Origin: Bigelowiella natans CCMP2755
Taxonomy: Eukaryota; Protista; Cercozoa
Assembly (NCBI GenBank): GCA_000320545.1
Contig: ADNK01000914.1
Location: 1,443 to 65,442, forward strand
Direction of reading: 5' to 3'
DNA length: 64,000 nucleotides
The translations under genes and the position numbers were made by a program. This document shows positions 58,377 to 64,000 of this stretch, in pieces (within the stretch, counting starts at the first letter, position 1; each line of letters starts with the position of its first letter). Below the pieces are notes generated by a model. That model was not told the DNA's origin and did not search any database. It saw only the letters and a program-made list of their open reading frames with translations.

Positions 58377-59170
58377 GGTACGTGAGGACGATATCTTCCC
58401 GTTGGCTGACGCCGCTCATCATTATTGGACGGGCTATTTCACATCGAGACCTGCTCTCAAGCGCCAGGTGATGATGGTGTTGATGATGATGATTTGATGG
58501 CTATGGAGGAGGAGGAGGAGAAGAGGACACTGATGGTTATTGTCCTATGGCGGTGTCGTAGTTCGAAAATCGTTGGTGTTTTTCTTGGGGTTTATGGGTA
58601 AAACGCCTACTATATGCTCGCGTTTCATTTATCATCCTAGTCATCATCATCATCATCATCATTATTATTATCATTCTTACCATCCCAGGTGCGATTCGCT
58701 TCGAACCTTCTCAATGCGGCGCGCCAGATGGAGGTAGCCATTCCTGATCTTCATCAACACACGTTGCTTTCTTGCCCTCCCCCCTGTTGTTTTTCATTAT
58801 TTTGCTGATTCTTTGGTTCTCTCCTCCTCCTCCGTGTTCCTTGTTCTGTTTTCCGATTTACTCCTCTCCCCTCCCTCGCTACAAGGTAACCTCCAAAGTC
58901 ACGGCGCAGGAGGTTGACACGCCAACGATTCGCCCCTCCCCTCGCGTGGGAAGTGGCTGGACCGACAGCTTGGAAGGCACTGTGGGCGTTGCGACGCACC
59001 ATGATGGGTAAGTTATATGATGATTTGATAACAATTAATACCATAGAAGCTTCCCGCCATCTTCGTAACTCACGACACGCATCACACCTCAGCATGAGCG
59101 GCACGGAAAGACAGGACGTGGCCGATGACTACGAGCAGCGTATCGCAGAGTCGCAGGTGCTGTAGTGTAC

Positions 59171-59241
<71 letters not shown>

Positions 59242-59678
59242 TATCATCGAAACAATAGCACTTGTCTATCATGCACCGACCGAAAGCAGCATCGTCGGTT
59301 TGTTGGGTTGCTCCCTGTGGCATAGCTCGCAACGTAGTGAATACAGACGTACATCATCTGTCCAATAGGTGGCACATTCGTCGTCGTCATCATAGTATTT
59401 GTAATTGTTGTTTTTGGTGGATGTTGCTCACCCGACACCATTCTGCGCCCCCCCCCCTCCCCCCGTTTGCAGGTGGAAGTCGAAGCTGGTATTTCCCTCT
59501 CGCTGGAGCGCTTGATGGGATTGGAGCGGGATGGAAACAAGAAATCTCCTTTGTTCTCCCACTGCGGCTGCTCGCAGATGAACACGTGCCTCAACATCTC
59601 TATGTGTGCTTACACCGCGGAGAAGGAGGAAGAGGGCTTTACCGTCGTCGCGTGGTCCCCTCTCGGTAAGACACGAAG

Positions 59679-59722
<44 letters not shown>

Positions 59723-61654
59723 ACTGTTTTGGTGCAGTATCACTTGATCTCGATGATGATATCGTCTTCACCACTTCACATCATCATAATGGTATTTTGC
59801 TGTCTCTCTTCTTTTTGTTTCTCTCCCCCCCTCCACCACCTCCGGTCCTCAGGCCGAGAATCGACCCAACTCATCCGTGTTCCAGTGAAAAATGCTCATT
59901 GGCGGGTGATTATGATGATGATGATGATGATGATGATGATGGTGATGCAAGCGAATCATATTACACGAAGAGCCTGGGGAAGGGGGTCTTTTCCTCATCA
60001 TCAGCTTCATCACCATCATTATCATCATGGTCATCACCCAACGATTAGGTATACGACATGGGAGCTTCGTCTTCGTCCTTATCGTCGCCCTCCATTCCAG
60101 CGGATATTACCTTGATCGACGACATCACGCACAGGCTGCCTTTGCTGTACATCAACAAGTACAACCTCAGTCCAGACGAGCTCAAGAAGAAGGAGCAAGA
60201 GTACGCCAATACTGCAACGCACATCATCTCGTTCCAGGCGAAGGATCTGCCCTCCGTTGGCTTTAATACATTCCTGGTAAGCGATCATCATCATCATCCT
60301 CGTCGTCGTCATCATCCTTTCGATGCATCTGATTCTACTTGCATTCTTACTCGCGTTGACGCATTTGAAAATTGCATACAATATTCACATTTCACCAAAT
60401 AGCGATGGCTTTGGTCCCGCGACATGACATGTGTTTTTCGTGTGGTTGCGTGTGTGTGCGTATCCCTTTTAGGTTGTGCCTGTGTCTGAAGAAGAGGCTA
60501 AGCAATCGCAAACCACATCGGAGATCCTCCGTAAACCAACTCAACATGAGGAAGAGGAGGAGGAGGAGAAGAAGACCACCACCACCACTGTGAGCAACGG
60601 CTATTACGAACTTGAAATCGACGAGAAAACAGGTGTGAGGGAGGAAGGGGTGGGGTAATTGAAGAATGTGGTCAATATTTTGGTCAGATTATTAGCAGCA
60701 ATAGTAGTAGTAGTAGTAGTAGGGGCTGGTTGTTATCATCAAAGTAGAATCTACAGGATAAAGATGTTGCACCTCGCCTATGCTGCTCGTTCCTTCGTTC
60801 CTTCGTTTCTCCTCCTCCTCCTCCTCCTCCTCCTCCTTTCATTGGTGCTTTCAAACGTAGTACTGCAACAACAAATCCGCCTTCCATCCTATATCCAGGC
60901 ATGTTGTCCTCCATCAAGAAATATGAAAAGACAACATCTCTACCTCGTTTTCCATGCAATGGGGATGGTATAACTCCTCGACAGGCGGGTAGTATTAGCT
61001 ACCACGTTTCGTTTCTCTTTATTCCCTCTCAATCTCTCTCTCCCCCCCCCCTCCCCTTCTCTCTGTCGAGAGGGGTTGCACTAAAATACAACACGCTTTC
61101 GGCTACCGTAAATGCACACACACACACACACACGTATAATCCTAACTACGAGCTGAAAACGACCTCCGACTCGCAATTCTTATTGCCTTCTCATCCCCCC
61201 TTCCCTCCCCCTCCTCCACCTCGTTCTCCTCTCTCTCGCAGATGCACCCAGGACATCCCTGGTCCTCCTCAGAGCGAGCAGCAGTGCGACTCCCAAGCAT
61301 CAGGCGCGTACATCTTCAGGCCGAATTCATCAAGGTAGGTTCTCCTCCTTCGGAAGTTTACTCATTTTAAGGATCGTCATCATTATTTGCTGACTGATGG
61401 TGGGTGTTGCTGCTGCTGCTACTGCTACTACGTCGTCGTTGTGCAGGTTCTTCGAATGTGCTGCTTCTGGAAGCCGCCCCACCGTGGAGATCATCCGTGG
61501 GGAGCTGATGGTGGAGGTCAGGCAAACCTTCTCTGACTGGGCATCGCATGTAAGAAAAGACAGTAATAGTGATAGTAGTAGAGCAGCAGCCTAAATATAA
61601 AGAAGAGACCAAGATTGATGGATTATATGTGCCTATAGTAGTAGAGATTACGCA

Positions 61655-61703
<49 letters not shown>

Positions 61704-62772
61704 CTCTCTTTCTTTCTTTCTGTCTATCTGTCAATCCTTCCGATCTGCCAACGACTGTACGCACTCTGCTGCTGCTGCTGCCGCTGCTGCTTTTCCATCA
61801 TCAATCTTGCCCTCCTCCTCCTCCTCCTCCTCCTCCTCCCCCTCCTCCTCCCAATCCCCCTCACCCGCCCTCACCGTCATCACGATCACGAAACCAATCA
61901 TCATCGCAAAGGTAATTCGCCTGGTGAAGGACACCCCTTACATCGAAGTCGAGTGGACAGCTGGCCCTATCCCCATCCACACAGACTGGATCCAAGGAGA
62001 GGGGGATCTTGGCAAGGAGGTGTCGATCCGCTACAACACCGGCCTCAAGTCACAGGGCGTTTTCCATACGGACAGCAACGGCCGGGAGATGGTGAAGCGG
62101 ATTCGCAATGGCCGTGGTCCTTCCTATCCCCAGCCCCTAAACATCTCAGAGCCGGTACTGCGTAGTATCATCATCATCATCATCATCATCACCATCATCA
62201 TCACCATCATCATCATCACCATCATCATCATCACCATCATATGCCTTTTCCGGGGTGACGAGCCACCGCGCATCGATGCGGGCGAAGCAGCGCATCGACA
62301 CATAATAATTACGATTGGTGGCTGCATGCTCTCTGCCATTCTCTCCCTCTCTCTGTCGCGACAAAGCGGGCTAGTAGCGCTAATCGTTCATATTCAACAA
62401 CCCCCCCCCAATGCCTTTCTTCTTCGTCGTCTCCATCCTCCCTCCTCCTCCTCCTCCACCTCCTCCTCCTTCACTATATAAAATCAACATACATACCCTG
62501 GATGCTTCATTCAGATCGCTGGGAACTACTATCCCGTAAACGCTATGATCGGACTAGAAGATAAATCCGCAGAGACTGCGTTTGTCGTCGTAACCGACGT
62601 AACGCAAGGAGGGTCCTCCATCAACGACGGCTCTCTCGAGCTGATGGTTCATCGCCGCCTTCTCGCTGATGACGCTCGTGGAGTGCAGGAGCCTTTGAAT
62701 GAGACTATGTGCGGCTGCAACGACATCAACGCACCTCCTGGACAGATGGGAGCTCATGGGTCATATATTATT

Positions 62773-62844
<72 letters not shown>

Positions 62845-63226
62845 ATATTATACATGTATTTACATAAGGAAGACATCGACGACTTTTCCTCCGCCTTTTT
62901 TTTTTTCTGTATTTTTTTTAACCACGATAAATGCAGTGCAATGCCAGCCCAATGGCAATAATATCCACGGTCATCATCAATAGCATTATGAACGTAAGCA
63001 TTACTTATATTCGAAACAAGAATGTCGGTCGATTGGCAGTTGTTTTCAGCATGGATATATCATATAATAATCGATGCTGCTGCTGCATCTTCTCCATTGC
63101 AGGCATTTGGGCGATGGTGGCTGCTGGTGCGAGGGTCTCACGATGCGAGGGCGTCACTGGTTGATCTTCGACAACGTTGACTCTGCAAACAGCCAGCGGA
63201 GGAAGGTGCTTATTGTAGTAGAAGTC

Positions 63227-63262
<36 letters not shown>

Positions 63263-64000
63263 AGAAGAGGAGGAGGCGGAGGAGGAGGAGGAGTAGGAGG
63301 AGTAATATTTTTAGTAGGAGGAAGAGAGGGAGATTTCATTAGGTCATCTTCTCTGCAGCGTTCATTAATGTCATCGTCGCTCCTTCTTCCCCCCCCTCCC
63401 GCTCCTGTTCCTCAATACGATGCTACCGTTCATAATGCAGCTGGACGATATGCTGAACTTCCCAGCAACACTGGCATTTGCCCCTCCAAGGTAGCACTTA
63501 CTCACTTATTACTGAGCAGCAGCGTTACAGCATGCAATCATAGCGCCTCCTCGAAATAATAACACTGACAAACACACGAAAACCAACGATGGTCGTTGAT
63601 TTGCCGCATCATCACCATCGGTGCTCTAGGTAAGGGTTTTGCACAAAATGCCGACATTTCCGAGGTGGTGTCCTACGGACGCGACGAACGATAAGAGAGG
63701 AAGAATCGATCTTAAATGATGCAAAAATATCTAGTAGTTCTCACTCACACTACCTCCTCCTCCTCCTCCACCACCACCTCCTCCTCCTTTTTCCTGCTGC
63801 AATTTGTGGGTGAAAACCAACGAATAATAGCGTGGCAAAAGAGGCAAAGACCACTAGACGCGACTTTCTTGAGCAGGAGCTTCCCCCCAACGTCAAGCTG
63901 ATGACTCTTACCGACCATTACAAGAACGCGTGGGGATCGAATCCGACGAAGACTCTGCTGCGACTCTCCCATCTGTAAGCCCTTTATGATGAACGATGAT
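54718..64000 (+). CDS. MAN2B1: Lysosomal/vacuolar alpha-mannosidase, glycoside hydrolase family 38 (3' end beyond window)
   Basis: Signal peptide [16 protein letters not shown]; [15 protein letters not shown] (Zn ligands); TVDQYF; [16 protein letters not shown]; WQIDPFGHS (nucleophile Asp); [15 protein letters not shown]; [18 protein letters not shown]; [11 protein letters not shown]; [13 protein letters not shown]; IAGNYYPVN; [25 protein letters not shown]; TLLRLSHL. Many microsatellite-filled introns. Confidence 0.93.

Overview
Eukaryotic nuclear DNA from an intron-rich, flagellated protist. The lineage is an inference: the style resembles chlorarachniophyte/cercozoan genomes. Most short ORFs in the track are microsatellite or antisense artefacts, so I reconstructed the real genes by eye from GT-AG exons. 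In order: an unidentified multi-exon gene (+, 1-~3645); a CH-LIM-LIM protein with a CaaX box (-); a SAP-like + 14 ankyrin + DYRK-type kinase fusion (+); a long unidentified microsatellite-intron gene (-); CFAP47 (+, one apparent frameshift); a signal-peptide-bearing catalase-peroxidase (-); an RIIa-domain/EF-hand protein (+); an acidic acylated protein (-); decayed ankyrin (+) and F-box-like (-) pseudogenes; an SLC46-like MFS transporter (-); and a GH38 alpha-mannosidase running off the right end (+). The most striking unexplained signal is a set of discrete blocks, lying at convergent gene 3' ends and over the pseudogenes. In them TpA is depleted except inside CTAG, conserved Tyr codons read Cys/His, and repeat copies differ by TA<->TG/CA. 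This is the footprint expected of a RIP-like mutator that targets TpA. Exon boundaries and counts are manual and approximate.
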